Below are positions 44,581 to 61,414 of a stretch of 64,000 nt of DNA, piece after piece. This DNA is from the human T2T-CHM13v2.0 reference genome, Homo sapiens: the NCBI RefSeq assembly GCF_009914755.1, contig NC_060944.1. One strand, written 5' to 3'. Under the pieces are notes generated by a model. It was not told the DNA's origin. It did not search any database and saw only the letters and a program-made list of their open reading frames with translations. Positions within the stretch are counted from its first letter, which is position 1. Each line of letters begins with the position of its first letter. The position numbers were made by a program, and so were the translations under genes.

Positions 44581-45552
44581 GAATCATAGCTCAGTACCTT
44601 GCTTGTGGTGGGCAACTTCTGTGTTGCAATTCATGCTCCAGAGCACCCTGTGGGATCAGTCTGAGACTGGAGTTTGCCTGAGGCCACATTTCGACTTATC
44701 TTCTTCCCTGTCTTAACCTGCTTGCCTCACCTCCCTGCAGTTTTTTCCTGAGACCATTCTCTCAGTTACTCATGTGCTCAACATGTGCTCAAGAATCCTC
44801 ATGTCCACTTCTGCTTCTAGGGAAACCAGCAATGCTAAGTAGCTTGCTGTTTTATAAATAAATACAAGAATGAGTTCCCTATCTGAATTAATTCTTAATC
44901 AAAATTAAGAATTTAAATATTTGAAAATAGTTACATCTCTCATTCTGATATTTCTTCAGTTATAATAGTGCTTTTTCTCTTTTCCATGGCCTTTAAAAGA
45001 TTAAGAAAGACTGTTCTATGAGTTTCTCATTTTACTCATATGAACATCAGTATGAAATTAATTTCTCTTTGGAAATCCACCAAAGGTTCTCAAATTCTTT
45101 TCTCTTTTTCCTGCTTTACTTAATAGCATATTTAATAAACTATAATTAAAGGTAAAGATAATTTACATAGATACAAATAAATCACTATTAATATCATTCT
45201 TCTCTAAATAGAAAACAGGACCTATTAGGTACAATGCATATTACCTGAGTGGCAAAGTTATCTGAATACCAAACCCCTATGACACACCTATATGACAAAC
45301 CCTCATGTGTACCCCTGAACCTAAAATAAAAGCTAAAAAAAAAAGAAAACAGAAATGTCCTTTTTCAACTGGATGAATTTTATTCCGTAAGAAATAGAGG
45401 TTAAACAAAAGCATTTTCAAGTGAAATTACATGTATTTTCAGTATTTAGAGGAAATACTTTTTAGATTATCAACTTTAACCCATTAGTTAGCCATTGTCT
45501 CTAAGGAATAAGCACTTGCTTCAAGAGAACATTTCAACACTACCATATTTCA

Positions 45553-45898
45553 GCCTACTTTTTCTATTGTCTGACTCACATGTTCTTGTGAGTGAGCTGA
45601 AATTTATCTAAAATTGTTTCAAATAGCTGGGTGTGCTGACACATGCCTGTAATCCCAGCTACTCGGGAGCCTGAGGCAGGGGAATTGCTTGAGTCCAGGA
45701 GACAGAGGCTGCAATTAACTATGAATGCACTACTATACCCTAGCCTGGGCCACAGAGACCATGTCTCTTAAAAATAAAATAAATAAAATAAAATAAAATA
45801 AAATAAAATAAAATAAAATAAAATAAAATAAAATAAAATAAAAAAATAAAATTGTTTGTAAATATTTCCTGATTCAGTGTATGGCCCCGATTCGATAT
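45553..45898 (+). repeat. Copy 1 of local duplication: unique flank + Alu monomer + (AAAAT)n
   Basis: aligns to 48733-49022, including both non-Alu flanks. Confidence 0.9.
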
Positions 45899-47028
45899 AG
45901 CAATTGAGCTAAAGGTCTCATAATGGAACATTTTACTAATGGTGCTTCAGAGATCATTTCTGTAATGACTAGGGGAAAATGTCACTCTAAAGAATGAGAG
46001 ACATAAGGCCTTTGAGGTTGTAGGGCTCTTTTCACAAATTGATGTCCTTTGGAAACCTTATCTTTGCACCATCAAAAAGTTATTTTAGGAGGATAAAATG
46101 TACAAAAATACAGAAGTAGAGTTTTAGGTCAATCTTATTTTTGTTTTTCTTTTCTTAAAGGTGATCAGAAAGCATTTTTAGAAATGTATAATATTGTTTA
46201 AATTTGGACAGTATTTGGACATTTTTCAGTTTTAGAAAAAATTTTAGAGGCATGGAATCACATGGAGTCTATATTGGTCTAATAGAGAAAATATGATTTT
46301 TTTTCCTTTGACATGTCTAAACTCTTAACTGGCCTCATTTTTACAACTCAAGGAAAAAAAATCATTTGCCCTTAACATGTAATGCTAGGAAAGAAAAGTC
46401 ATTTCACACTTTGAGCATCAGTGTATCTTTTTTCTTGTCTTGGAATAATGTAAGTTTGTTTGAATGATGCCACTGAAAATAAGTAACTGTGGTTTTCTCT
46501 AAAGAAAATTCTATCTAGGACATGGCAGGCACTGGGACACTGTTTTAGCAGCAAAGACTTTTTTAGTATCATCATTTTAATGTGATGCTTGTAAAGGTCA
46601 TTTCTATTTGAACATTAAAAATGTCATTGGACTGCAAAATATTACCAGATGTTTAATAGTCCTGTAAATTATCTTTTTAGAGTAATTTATAAACCAAATA
46701 GATAAGAAAGTGGAATTTCCCCCATGATTTGAACAATAGATATTTATTTCAGATAAGGCAAAAATACATTATTCAGATTATATTATACATATATTATGTG
46801 TATAATATATGTATAATATTTAGGTTATGTATTATCTGAATAATGGTTGGAAGTTAAGGAATAATAAAGATTCGTTATTGGATTTATTTTGTCTTTGTAA
46901 ATTCAGAGTGGTAGATTAGTCAAGTTGTAGAGTAAGTGCCTAACTGAATCCTAACAAAGTATAACATTCACAGTTAATTCCTTTAAATAAAAAGTCACGT
47001 AGAAAAATATAAAAACATAGTAAACTAA

Positions 47029-47416
<388 letters not shown>

Positions 47417-47694
47417 CTGTGCACATTTTTTAAAATAATTTTTTAAATGTTTTACAGACCAAATAATGTAATTACAGAGATGCCTAGTGAAATATCATAA
47501 CACTTTTTTTCTATTTTTAAAATACCTATAAAAGGAAAAAGTAAATATCCAATACATTTATTAGGAAATATTATGTGATAATGTCATAAATGCAATATTT
47601 GAATATGACTTTTTTAATGTTAGAGAAGTAAAGAAAAAAATAATGAGCATTTACTGAGTACTTACTGTATATCTGACACTATGTTGAGCCCTTT

Positions 47695-47830
47695 ATTTTA
47701 TTTTTCTTTTCTCAAGACAGGGTCTCAATATGTTGCCCAAGCTGGTCTTCAACTCCCAGCTCAAGCAATCCTCCCACTTCTGCCTCCCAAAGCACTGAGA
47801 TTACAGGGGTGGTTCACCATGCCTGGCCAT
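47695..47830 (-). mobile_element. FLAM/Alu monomer inserted in a MIR (~47640-48020)
   Basis: agacagggtctcaatatgttgcccaagctggtcttcaactcc; MIR-like flanks. Confidence 0.75.
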
Positions 47831-48732
47831 GAAGCTTTTACTGTATTCACTCACTTAAGTCTTAAAACCTCCGGATGTCCTAATTACCATTATTTCCATT
47901 TAACAAATGAAGAAACTAAGGCACTGAGGAGTTAAATTGCTTGCCCTGTGCCACACAATTAGTAAAGAAAGGAGTTAGGATGAAAACCCAGGCAATCTGG
48001 TTCTGCAACTCATGTTCCACATCAGCACTTCTGCATGTTAAGTGTGAAGACCAGGGCATCATGATAAATTGCTGATCCTGGTTCACTGGATCTGGGGTAG
48101 GGCCTGGGACTCAGCATCTCTAATAAGCCCCCAAGTGATGGGATACTGCTGGTCCTTGGAGCACAGTTTAACAAGCATCTCCACCACACACACGCACTAC
48201 CTCTGTAACAAAGCTGTAATTTTCTGGTAACCTTTAGCAAGGATGGGCCCTTCATTCATCTTTCTGACCTCCATAGCAGGTTACCTGAATGAGTGAGCAC
48301 AGGATATAAGACCTTTACCTTAAATAGTAACATCTTTTGATTGAATTTTTAGTTGAATGTCAAGAACTTCCCCCCTTTAATCACTGGATGTTGTCAGAAC
48401 TTATTCTTCAGAAAGTTAGGTTTATCTTTGTGGGTTCTATTTGATTGATTTGTGCATTGGCTGGCCAAAATACATATCCCTCAACTTGGAAGTTACGAAA
48501 GCTGTATTCATTTGCCAAGCATTCATTTCCATACTTGGGAAAGTTGTCCTCTAAGACAGAGTACCTGAAACTACAAATCTTACCCAGCCCTCAAGGCCAA
48601 AATTGTTCACAAGAATTCCCAACATCGTCTGTTTCATCCTGCAAGTGGAAGTGTGTGAGTGGTCTTCGTGTAATATTGATGTTGAAAAGGAAAAGTTGTT
48701 TGGTAATACTAAAAGTTTATTTATTCCAAAGG

Positions 48733-49022
48733 GCCTACTTTTTGTATTGTCTGACTCACATGTTCTTGTGAGTGAGCTGAAATTCATCAAAAATTGTTTG
48801 CAAATATTAGCTGGGTGTGCTAACACATGCCTGTAGTCCCAGCTTCTCGGGAGCCTGAGGCAGGAGAATCGCCTGAGTCTAGAAGGCAGAGGCTGCAATG
48901 AACTGTGAATGCACTACTGCACCCTAGCCTGGGCAACAGAGACCATGTCTCTTAAAAATAAATAAAATAAAATAAAATAATTGGTAAATATTTCCTAATT
49001 CAGTGTATGGCCCCAATTTGAT
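48733..49022 (+). repeat. Copy 2 of local duplication
   Basis: aligns to 45553-45898. Confidence 0.9.
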
Positions 49023-49817
49023 TATTTTAATAATGATATGAATTCCACCAATAAAATAATGTGACATCAAAAAAATCCAAGGTAGTGCTTTTATAAGGTT
49101 ACAATGTTTTGCCCAAGGCCTTGGATACCATTTAATTATTCAAAACAGAAACTTGATATTTCATTCACAATATAAGAACTTGACACTAAAATCAAAGATG
49201 AGGTTTACAGCTTATTTTGGATTCTCTTTAAATAAAATTCTTCCTCCTTCAAATCTTCCTCCTCAAATAATAAATTTGCAAGATATTAATTTATAGAAAC
49301 AATAGTTTATCAAAATCCCTGAACTTTAAAGCATCCAATACAGTAAAAAGAAAAGGTTTTCCTTTAAATAGTGATGCTATCTCTTTCATTTCTATACTGT
49401 ACAGATTTGGCATTCACAATGCACTTTCATTGGATGCCTTGGATAAAACTGGGTCCTAACTAGGAAAACCATAGTAATCCCCATTTTTAGAGAAGGGAAC
49501 AATTGCTCATTATGGTAGAGTGATTTGGTGCCTAATATCAACGGCCAATGAGTTGAAGAACTAGGGTCTTTTTAAATATGTATCAAGAAAAGACCATTCA
49601 TTCACTTGAATTGAAACTGGTCAATGATTGGTTCAATTCAGCTGCTTTTACGAATATCCTCCATAAAAATTTCTAAAATTTCAATGGATTCTAATGAGGG
49701 GCTTTGGGTTCATCTGCCTAAAATAGGGATGAGTACAATAACTTCAATATCCATGTCATGTCCAATTATAAAATCATGGCTCCCAATTAATGATGAAGTT
49801 TTTCACTTTGCTTTAGA

Positions 49818-50470
49818 GCAGGGCTTCTCAAGTTTTAATGTGCATACAGGTGCAGGAAATGGGGAGGTGCGGGTCAAATGATACAAAGCAGGAAATGTGT
49901 AGGATGAACAAGTAAAAAAATCTAATGTACAGCATGAGGACTATAATTAACAATCATGTATCATAGTCAGAATTTTTTCTAAATGAGTAGATTATAGCTG
50001 TTCTTGCCACAGGGGGACAAAGCGGGTAACTATGTGAGATGATGGATATGTCTATTTGTTCCCTTATAGTAACCATTTTACTGTACATAGGTATCTTATA
50101 ACATCATGTTGTATGCCTTGAATTTACACAATAAAATTTATTTTTTTCAACGTGCATACAGATCACTTGAGAATCTTGTTACAATGCAGATTCAGATTCA
50201 ATAGGTCTGGCACAGATCACAAAACACCGCATATTCAACAAGCTTCCAGGTGATGCTTATGGCCCATGGACCATATTTGGATTAGCAGGGCTCTCAAACT
50301 TTAGCATGTACCAGAATCACCCAGATGGCTTCCTAAAACACAGATCGATGGGTGTCGTAGCCAAAGTTTCTGATTCAGTAGGTCTGGGGCGGACTCAAGA
50401 ATTTGCATCTCTAACAATCTGCAGTGAAGCTGATGCTGGTCTGGGGACCACACATTAAAAACCGCTGCTT
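49818..50470. mobile_element. MER5-type element interrupted by an old L1 3' end (49850-50148), followed by a second MER5A
   Basis: TSD aaYgtgcatacag at 49837 and 50149; MER5 motifs either side. Confidence 0.75.
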
Positions 50471-52120
50471 TGAAGCCCTGCATCTTTCTTTCGCAAGAGT
50501 GTGGCTCTCCCCAGATGAAACCCATTAATTCCATCCACTCTAAAATGACAGCTTAATCACAGAAACCTGGGAAGGGCTCCAGGAGACACTTTTCCTGGGA
50601 ATTATCCAGAATTTGTCCCGCAAGTGATTGACCATAGTCCGTACCAAATGATTTGACTTAATTAATCTCAAAGATATATTTCCACAAAATTAACATTAAG
50701 AGTTGTTGGTCTACTTTCCTTTAAAAAGAGAAATCCATGATTTCTACCTAGCAGCCAAGAGTTCATTCCTTCTGAATTCTTTGTAAACTGTATCAAAACA
50801 CTTCTAATAAATTCAAGTTGGTAGGAACTTTTTTATATACATATATTAAAGTTTATATATGTAACACATATAAAAGGGTCAGCAGAGCTATGTTCTTTTA
50901 CCCTTTGATAGCCTGCTGAGTAACCTGCTGTTATTATGCATTAAATACAAACTTGTTACAGACAGCAGAAAGCAGCATCTTCACTCTTTTCATTCATTGA
51001 TTTATTCATTCATTCAAATTTGTTTTATTTTAGCATAACATTTAGGTAGTTCTTTACTTTCAGGACTTTGCCATTAATAATAGAGCTATTTATTATGTAC
51101 TAACAGGAAACTAAATATGAATTATGCATTCATTCAATATATTTTTTTTTAAAAAAACCCAACTATGTGTCAGTCACTCTGATGGCCATTATATATGTAA
51201 TGCTGAGGAAAATCAGATGCTCTCATAGCCCTTACAACTTGGAGGAAGAGAGTGACATTATAAAATTTATACATCTATGTGTAAAATTGCAGCTGCTACT
51301 AATGTTCAACAAAATGATACCATGTGAATGCTGTTGACTCATGTGAGTGCTTATATGATGACACACAGCCATGCTGTGTCAAGATTCACTTGAACCCATG
51401 CTCCAGTTACCGCTGGAAGAACTTGCTGGACATTAACTGTGCAAAACACCAAAAGTACTTTAGTTGGTGTTAATGAAGAAGCTCAAAAAACTGAAGTCAA
51501 CAGATGAATTTATCCAGCTCATTAAAGCTGTCCCTTGCTTCTAACTCACCCTGGTAGACTCTTCAAAATTAGGAGTTTTGACATATTTCATTATGAAAAA
51601 TTCTAAGCTAACATTGAAAGAGCTGTACAAGGAACACCTATATATCAGCCACCCGGATTCCATAATTAAAATTTTGATGCTTTCACTTGATCACATATAA
51701 ATCCCTCTATCCATTTATCTATCCATCTTGGTTCAATAGGATGCATTTTAAAGTAGGTTGCAAACATCAGTATACTTCACTCCTAAACGTTTGGGAGTGC
51801 ATACAGCAGGACAAAGTTTGTTAAAGTGATTCTGAATTTCTTAGAAATATGAGGCAGATACATTATCTAATTTCATTCAACTAATAGAAATTTAAGGTAC
51901 AAATTGTGCTCATGTTTGAAGAAGCTCCTCCTTAAGGGAAAGGCTGGCTCTAACAAAGCTACTTTCTGACAATATTTGTCCTGAGTAGGGTGGATTTCTG
52001 CATGATGAAATTATGAGACTCACCCGTAATACGCTGGAAAAACTGATGGCCTTACCTCTTACCCATGTGGTGCCCATCCAAAGCAAGATGCTGTCATAAG
52101 GTAAAAAGAACTGCACTCTT

Positions 52121-52441
<321 letters not shown>

Positions 52442-53707
52442 GAACTGCACTCTTCAGATGACTCAGACAAGGAAAGCATGATCCAACACCTCTAATAGCC
52501 CAGTAATACATATGATATTTGAAAGGCCCTTCACTTACCATGTTAACCATTCAGTTAAATCCTCCAAATCCTAATTCTCTGCTGCTCAACCATCAGATCC
52601 AAACTTTCAATGCCCAGGACGGAAATCTTTTCAACCAGCACATCAAATGGCTTTTCCTCCTTCTATAGAACTTATAAAAATGATCTTTTCAGTTACCATT
52701 TTACTGGTCCATCTGTATTCTATTTTCAATGCACTTCTGTTCATTTTGGAATTAGGAAGCGTACAAATTCTTTTTATATTTAATTTTAACATTCAAGTTA
52801 GGCATATTTTGAAGAAAAAGATATTGCAATGATTGCATTTGTCCACTAGAGGGCAGGAACTTACTTCTGTGGTTCATTCTGCACTTTTTTTTTCACTACC
52901 CACCTAAGAAAAATCTAGTCAATGCGACTGAAGTACTACCACCTTCTGAACCTTCTTTCCTTGATAATTGCTTAATTGGAATTTAAATCTTTGAATCAAA
53001 TTAAGAAACTAGACATTCCTAGTTTCTGTTTCTATCACAATTTCCAGTACCAGATTTTTATTCACTCATAAAAACAAATAATGGGGGAGAAATAAAATAT
53101 TGACTTCTGCTGATTCTCTTGAGTGGGATAAGGAATTTGGTTTTTGCACTTTGGCTTACAGATCCATATAGTGGAATTATTCGATCTTTCAATTATAATA
53201 TCAGAAAGTTCAATTTTAGTATTGTACTCCTATAGGTGCTTTTTTCATTTTTCAGCCATTGTTTTGCTTAACTTATTTGACTTTGTATGTACGGATGCCT
53301 TTTTAGTGCAACAGGGTAGTTCTTTGAGAATTATGTTTACATGTAGACATCTCTATCTCAGCAGCAAGTTAAGTTATTATTACGGTTCCTTAAGCTGCTG
53401 TTATCATAGAGTGGACTGCTGTAATAGAAAATTTTAGTCTTTAGCATATAGTCCATATTCAAATACTTGTTCACAGTTTCCTGTGTGACCTCTGGCAAGT
53501 TACATGACTTTTAATAAAGTTTTTAGTAAAGACTTTTAATAACACCTCCGATTATTTTGCTTTATTATGGTACTGTGCGTGTTGCCTACACTGACTGGCT
53601 GTGAAAAAGCTGTTGTATATAACAGTGTCTAACCCAGGATGATCTACAGCCACTTCTAATTGCAGTCTCCATTCGGTAAATGGAATCAATTAAAATGTGT
53701 ACCTATG

Positions 53708-54008
<301 letters not shown>

Positions 54009-54074
54009 CTACAGCCCTTAGCAAAAAAGTTTAAACATTAGTCACATGTATATGTTATAGAATCTTACTTAACT

Positions 54075-54606
54075 CAGGCATCCCAACCAGTACTGGTCTG
54101 TAGCTTATTAGGACCTGGCCCGCACAGCAGGAAGTAAGCAGCAGGTGGGCAAGCAAGCAAAGCTTCATCTGTATTTATAGCTGCTCCCCATCACTCAAAT
54201 TACTCCCTGAGCTCTGCCTCCTGTTAGATCAGTAGTGGCATTAGATTCCCATAGGACTGTGAACCCTATTGTGAACTGCACATGTGAAAAATCTAGGTTG
54301 TGGGCTCCTTATGAAAATCTAATGCATGATGACCTGTTACTGTTTCCCATCACCCCCAAATGGGACCATCTAGTTGCAAGAAAACAAGCTCAGGGCTCTC
54401 ACTGATTCTACATTATGGTGAGTTGTATAATTATTTCATTATATAGTACAATGTAACAATAATAATAGAAATAAAGTGCACAATACATGTAATGCACTTG
54501 AGTCATACTGAAACCATCCCCTCAATAACCTCCTCTCCCCCTGGTCCATGAAAAAATTATCTTCCATGAAACTGGTCCTTGGTGCCAGAAAGGCTGGGGA
54601 CCACTG
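54075..54606. mobile_element. MER1A-like hAT-Charlie DNA transposon, full length
   Basis: CAG...CTG termini; perfect 8-bp TSD acttaact at 54067-54074 and 54607-54614. Confidence 0.88.
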
Positions 54607-56919
54607 ACTTAACTTGTATATAACATCTGTCTCCAGAAAATCATGAGGTCCCTGACAAGAGTCAGACTATGCAAGGATCTCCAAATTCCTTAGCCCAGTG
54701 TTTAATGTCCTCATTACTGACCCTCTTCTCTATGCCTTTGCTTGGCCACTGGGGCGAGAAGGTAAGAAGCTCCTGGCCCACCGAGTTCCCAGCACAGTCC
54801 TGTCACTTCAGCATTACTAAGGATGCATGGCTCACTCTTGCACCATCTCAGAATTCCAGGCAAACTCTGCTCCTCCTGGCAGAGGGTACAGATTGGCAAC
54901 TTCTGGGCCAAATGCAGTCTGAAGATGTGCTCTGTTTGTCTTTTCAGTGATTGGAAACTGGGAGAGTTCACTCAAAACTTTCATTTTTCCATTTTTCTCA
55001 AAACCTGGGTGGAAATAGGCTAAAAATGAACAGCAGCCACTGCCCCATTTACAGGCTGTCTCTCTCCTGCTCTGGACATGACCTCACTTTGCCCTATTGC
55101 ATTAAATCTACTTCACTGGTTTCTATCATTTCCACTAACTGCCTATTACTCTACAGTGTGAATAGTATCCTTAGGGGTTGTGTCCCAAGAGTGACACAGT
55201 CCACTCTACATGGAGACATCACCAGGTGTGACCCCTGGACTAAGCATTTCTCTAAAGCCTACTTCAAAGTCCAGCACCAACCCTTGGTGCCCCCTTTATC
55301 CCCGACTGCAACCATAAAGTATTTGCCTGAATGTTTACTTAACATCTATCTGCTTTTTAAAAATGTCTTTGATTTTATATAGTACGTCCCTTTTTGGAAG
55401 GTGGAGGCTTTGTCTCACATGCCCTTGATAAGCAGAGATTTATTTTTTCCTTTATTTGACTCAAATTGACAATCGAACTTGGTTTCCCAAGGGCATACAG
55501 CTACATGGAGTATCTGAAAACCTAATGCAAATCTAAAAATAAACTTGTTGGATCCAGTTTGAATGCACCTCCAGTCTAACACCTCAAGACACTAATTTTA
55601 GTTGCCAAAAAAAAAAAAAAGCCACCATTATTACTTTCACAGAAGCTGGTTTTCCCTAACTTCCATTCTTTCCTCCATCAAAATTTTCTTTTTCTCTATC
55701 CTTTTTCAGAGGGCTAATTTTAGTGAGCTGTCACATTGGGAAGAATCTGGTTCATTCCCCACATGGTTTTAGAAACCAACTTGGATATAATGGGGAAGGT
55801 CAGATCCCCACGGAACAGGGACATCTTCCTACCTGCTTTCTAAAGCAGCTGAGTTTGGTAACCATGGGCACCCTCTTCAGCTGGGAGGCCAGGAAAGCAT
55901 TACCCCTGCTGTATTTAAGCCAAAGAACCACCCACTGTGGGTGTATAGGTCCCATGTAGTCAAATCTAGTTTTTCAAGGGAAGTAAGAAACCCATTGTTT
56001 CAGTATAAGATCACCTGAATTAAAAGATTTGACAACACTGGTTGAGCCAAAGAAAATGCATCCATGTACTCCATTGGGACCATGACTTTCCAGTTTGCAA
56101 TGTCTTGCTGAACAACACATACACAATCCTTTCCCTTTGCATATAATTCTAGGGAGAATTTTTCTGATGGATGTAACTAAATAGTGTGACCATACTGGCA
56201 CTTACCCATCAGAAGTAGTCATTTTTCAAAAGAAAGATTCTGCCATAGTGAGCTATACAGGCTGCCCCGGTTACTTGTTTAGTCTCCTGTCTCCCCTAAC
56301 TGATGTCCAGCCACTGCTACTAAGGGCTCTTCCAGCATTGAGTAGGGTGTAGTAAACAAGCAGGGATGATTTGTTGAATTAAAATAAGTTCTGCCATCAC
56401 TTAATGCAGTTTTGGAAGATGGTTTAAAGATGATTTGGGAAACAGATTAAAAGCCACTGGTGACAATCAGTGTCACTATTTTCACTCTTATCTTACTTTT
56501 TATAAGAAAGTTATTATAGGTCAATTTTTCATCTGTAATCACATGCCAAAATGTCACAATGTTAGGCTCCAAAAGACTTCTGGAAAAATATATTTCCTAA
56601 TGTATTTTTAAAATGTGCTACAAAGTAGAACATTGGGATAGCCTCATTGTCAGTAAAACCTGCCAGGGACTTGGAAGGCAATTCTGATAAAGAGTTACAG
56701 AGAATTTAGCATATTGAAAAGCAACATTAAAAGAGTATGTAGGCAATTATTTTATAAGGATCAGCATTTATTCAACAAACATTTTTAAACTGTTTACTGT
56801 GTATAAGGTATGTGGAATTAGCTGCTGGAGGGTGTCGAATGAAGATTTTACGTTTCAATGCATTTATTATTATTATTCATTGGTAGTATTCCACAAGCTT
56901 AAAGGTTTTATTTGTTTTA

Positions 56920-57367
56920 TGTCAACATAAATAACAAACAGATGCTCTCTAAAAGAAAATGGTATTATTTAAGAATAGGGCATACTAAATTATGTGCTTA
57001 GTCAGGGAGGGAAGGAAGACAAAGGTTTGTAAAGGATAAATGAGGAGGGTTACATAATTGTTTTCAGATGATTAGCCTTGGCTACAAGGATCAATAACAA
57101 GAGTGACCTCAGTCTGACGTTGGACAGGGAGTTGCTAGGCAGGTGTCCTCACAGAAGTATTTTTTGTGTAAAGTTGCTATGGCCTTTGTACAAGGTGATG
57201 GCTTTTGCAGAGTCTTTTGTGAGAGTTTTTCTTATCAGGCATTTATGAGTGAGAACCTTCTCTTTATGACATTCCCTGGCTCTTTTTGTCAGGGTTTTTT
57301 GGGTTTTTGTGGGTGTTGTTGTTGTTTTAATATAAGGGACTCCATTTAGATTCTGACAACTTTCACA
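56920..57367 (-). mobile_element. ERV1-class (MER4-group-like) solo LTR
   Basis: TG...CA ends; reverse complement begins tgtgaaagttgtcagaatctaaatggagtc. Confidence 0.65.
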
Positions 57368-57374
57368 TTATTTA

Positions 57375-57625
57375 ACATCCACATATTTACTCTGTGCCAG
57401 AAACAATTCTAAGTACTTTATAAGTATTAACTTATTTAATCATCTAAACAATCTAACAAGATAATATTATGATCCCCAGTAAACACCTGTCTTCATCTAT
57501 AAGGATAAAGAAATTGAAGCACAGAGAGTTAAGTGAACTGCCCAAAATCACACTGCTGGTAAATTGCAGGGCCAGAATCTGAACCCAGGCAAGCTGTGCT
57601 CCAAAATGTGTGTTCTTATCCATCA
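57375..57625 (-). mobile_element. MIR SINE
   Basis: actctgtgccag...aaattgaagcacagagagttaagtgaactgcccaa. Confidence 0.7.
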
Positions 57626-57629
57626 CATC

Positions 57630-58085
57630 GATTAGCTCATTCTGTAAAACAACCCCAAACTTGGCAGCTTATAACATCAACTAGTTATTATTTTTCATGC
57701 ATTATCTGGTCAGCTGGGCAGGTCTGCAGATCCAGACCAGACTCATAGACTCAGCTCATCTCAGCCGGGTTCACTCAAGTGTATGTGCTCAGCTGGGGAC
57801 TGGCTGGTCCAGGACATCCTTGACCAGGATGACTCAGCTCTCTTCCAGAAGAGCTGGATGACAGACCAGGATGACTCAGACCTCTCATCCTCCATTGCTA
57901 TAATAGGACCCTGAGAAACAGTGGAAAAATTTGCAAGGGTCTTTTGTATCAAGTTTGCTATTCTCTGATTAACCAAAGCAAATCACATGGTCTGGTCCAG
58001 AGTCAGTGTGGAAGGGCACCACCAACGGGCTTAGACATAGGTTGGTGTAAAAATTGGAGACTTTAATACAATTAACCTCCCATAG
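57630..58085 (-). mobile_element. Old MLT1 MaLR LTR
   Basis: tgtaaaacaaccccaaacttggcagcttataac...ccaaagcaaatcacatgg. Confidence 0.65.
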
Positions 58086-58257
58086 TCATGGCTCAACACT
58101 ATGCTGTTTTAACCCTGCTTTCCAGGGAGTATCAAATTTGATATTTCCAACTCCAAAAGAATTGTGAAGATGCTATAAAATGTAGCCTTGTTGGTTTAGG
58201 AAGGCAAGAAAAGAATAAAAAGAAATGTGGAAAATGAAAGGATATTTATAATTTTAG

Positions 58258-58419
<162 letters not shown>

Positions 58420-59496
58420 TGAGCAAGATCCTCCAGTTCATTAGTGCCACTGACGGAGGCGCTGTGATGTGGGTAGCTAAAGCATCAAGTGGGGAAAGAT
58501 GTGTGGACTTAGGAGGAGCTCCGTCAATGTGCAATTAATGAATGAAAGCCAGAAGAGAGTCATATGTGCTCATCTGGCTCTACAGATAACTTATGAAACC
58601 ACAACAAAAAAAATCACCCAGATTTCCGGTGTCCTTTTTCAGTGATGAGTTATGACCCATCTGCTGGCACAGTTTGAGAAGAATTCTCCAAGCAGCTTAT
58701 AAACAACCATGCCTTAGAAGTGCATTCTTAGTCCTGCTTCATTAATTCTGTGCCAAGGGCTCCTTTCCCTCTTTCTCCAACTTTCTTTTCAACATCTTTG
58801 AGTGTCTGCCCTGTGCTGGACACATTGCTAAGCTTTTCATATGGATCATTTCAATTCCCCCCATACCAGGCCCAAGAGTAGATTCTATTATTGTCCCCAT
58901 TGTGCAGATGAATAAGCTGCCATTTTCAGGTGATAAAGTACTTATTGAAGGCCACAGTGCCAGGGAAGAGTGACCTTAGGCCTGATGCAGTTCCCAATGA
59001 TACTAACATTCTTGCTTTTAGCTCCTATATTACAGCCAAAGCCACACTCTTGTCTCATTTCTCAAAATGAATAAATGAATAAATAAATAAATAAATAAAT
59101 AAAATAAAAATCCTTTGATTTCTACGCAGCTAACTTTGACATTTAATCTTATGCAGCTTTGTGTAACTATTCCTTGTGTGTATGTCCTGTTTACCCCAGT
59201 AGATGGGAGGCTTCCTAGGTAGACTTCAATTTGATGCCTCCTCTGTACATCACACAGTGCTGGGGAATAGCATGTACCTGATAATTTCTTGTTGAATTGG
59301 TTAATAAAGTAAACAAAAGGGAGCAGAATTTCCTTCCATGAAGGTGTGGAAAGGAGCTCCTTTCTTTGTCATACTAGGTCAGGGTGCCAATAGATCCAGA
59401 TCTTTTAAGGGTATTTCTCATGGGAGAGAAAGAGAATTAAAAAAAAAAAAACCAATTATATTTAATTTGTTTCAGACACGCTTGAACTGCTTTTTA

Positions 59497-59805
<309 letters not shown>

Positions 59806-59989
59806 GTTGCCAAAGTCAATAATAGTAAGAAGATGACGTTATAAACAAGAAGTAAATTTTCAAATAAAGAGTTTTATATACCAAATACAAACATCTTGAA
59901 TGCTTCTGAAATATAAATCCATCATTTAAATGTGTGAGTAAATAGTCATGTGTTCCTGAAAGTAAAAGAGAATTTAGCATTTTCACATT

Positions 59990-61023
<1,034 letters not shown>

Positions 61024-61041
61024 TAGCATTGCCTAAACTGA

Positions 61042-61414
<373 letters not shown>

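Noticed and set aside
53144-53437. 97-aa hydrophobic ORF, possible antisense of a processed pseudogene
   Set aside because: Opposite-strand reading hits stops and resembles nothing I recognise; no poly-A/TSD pair found
54669-55382. Several overlapping ORFs up to 143 aa
   Set aside because: No homology, codon bias or exon structure evident
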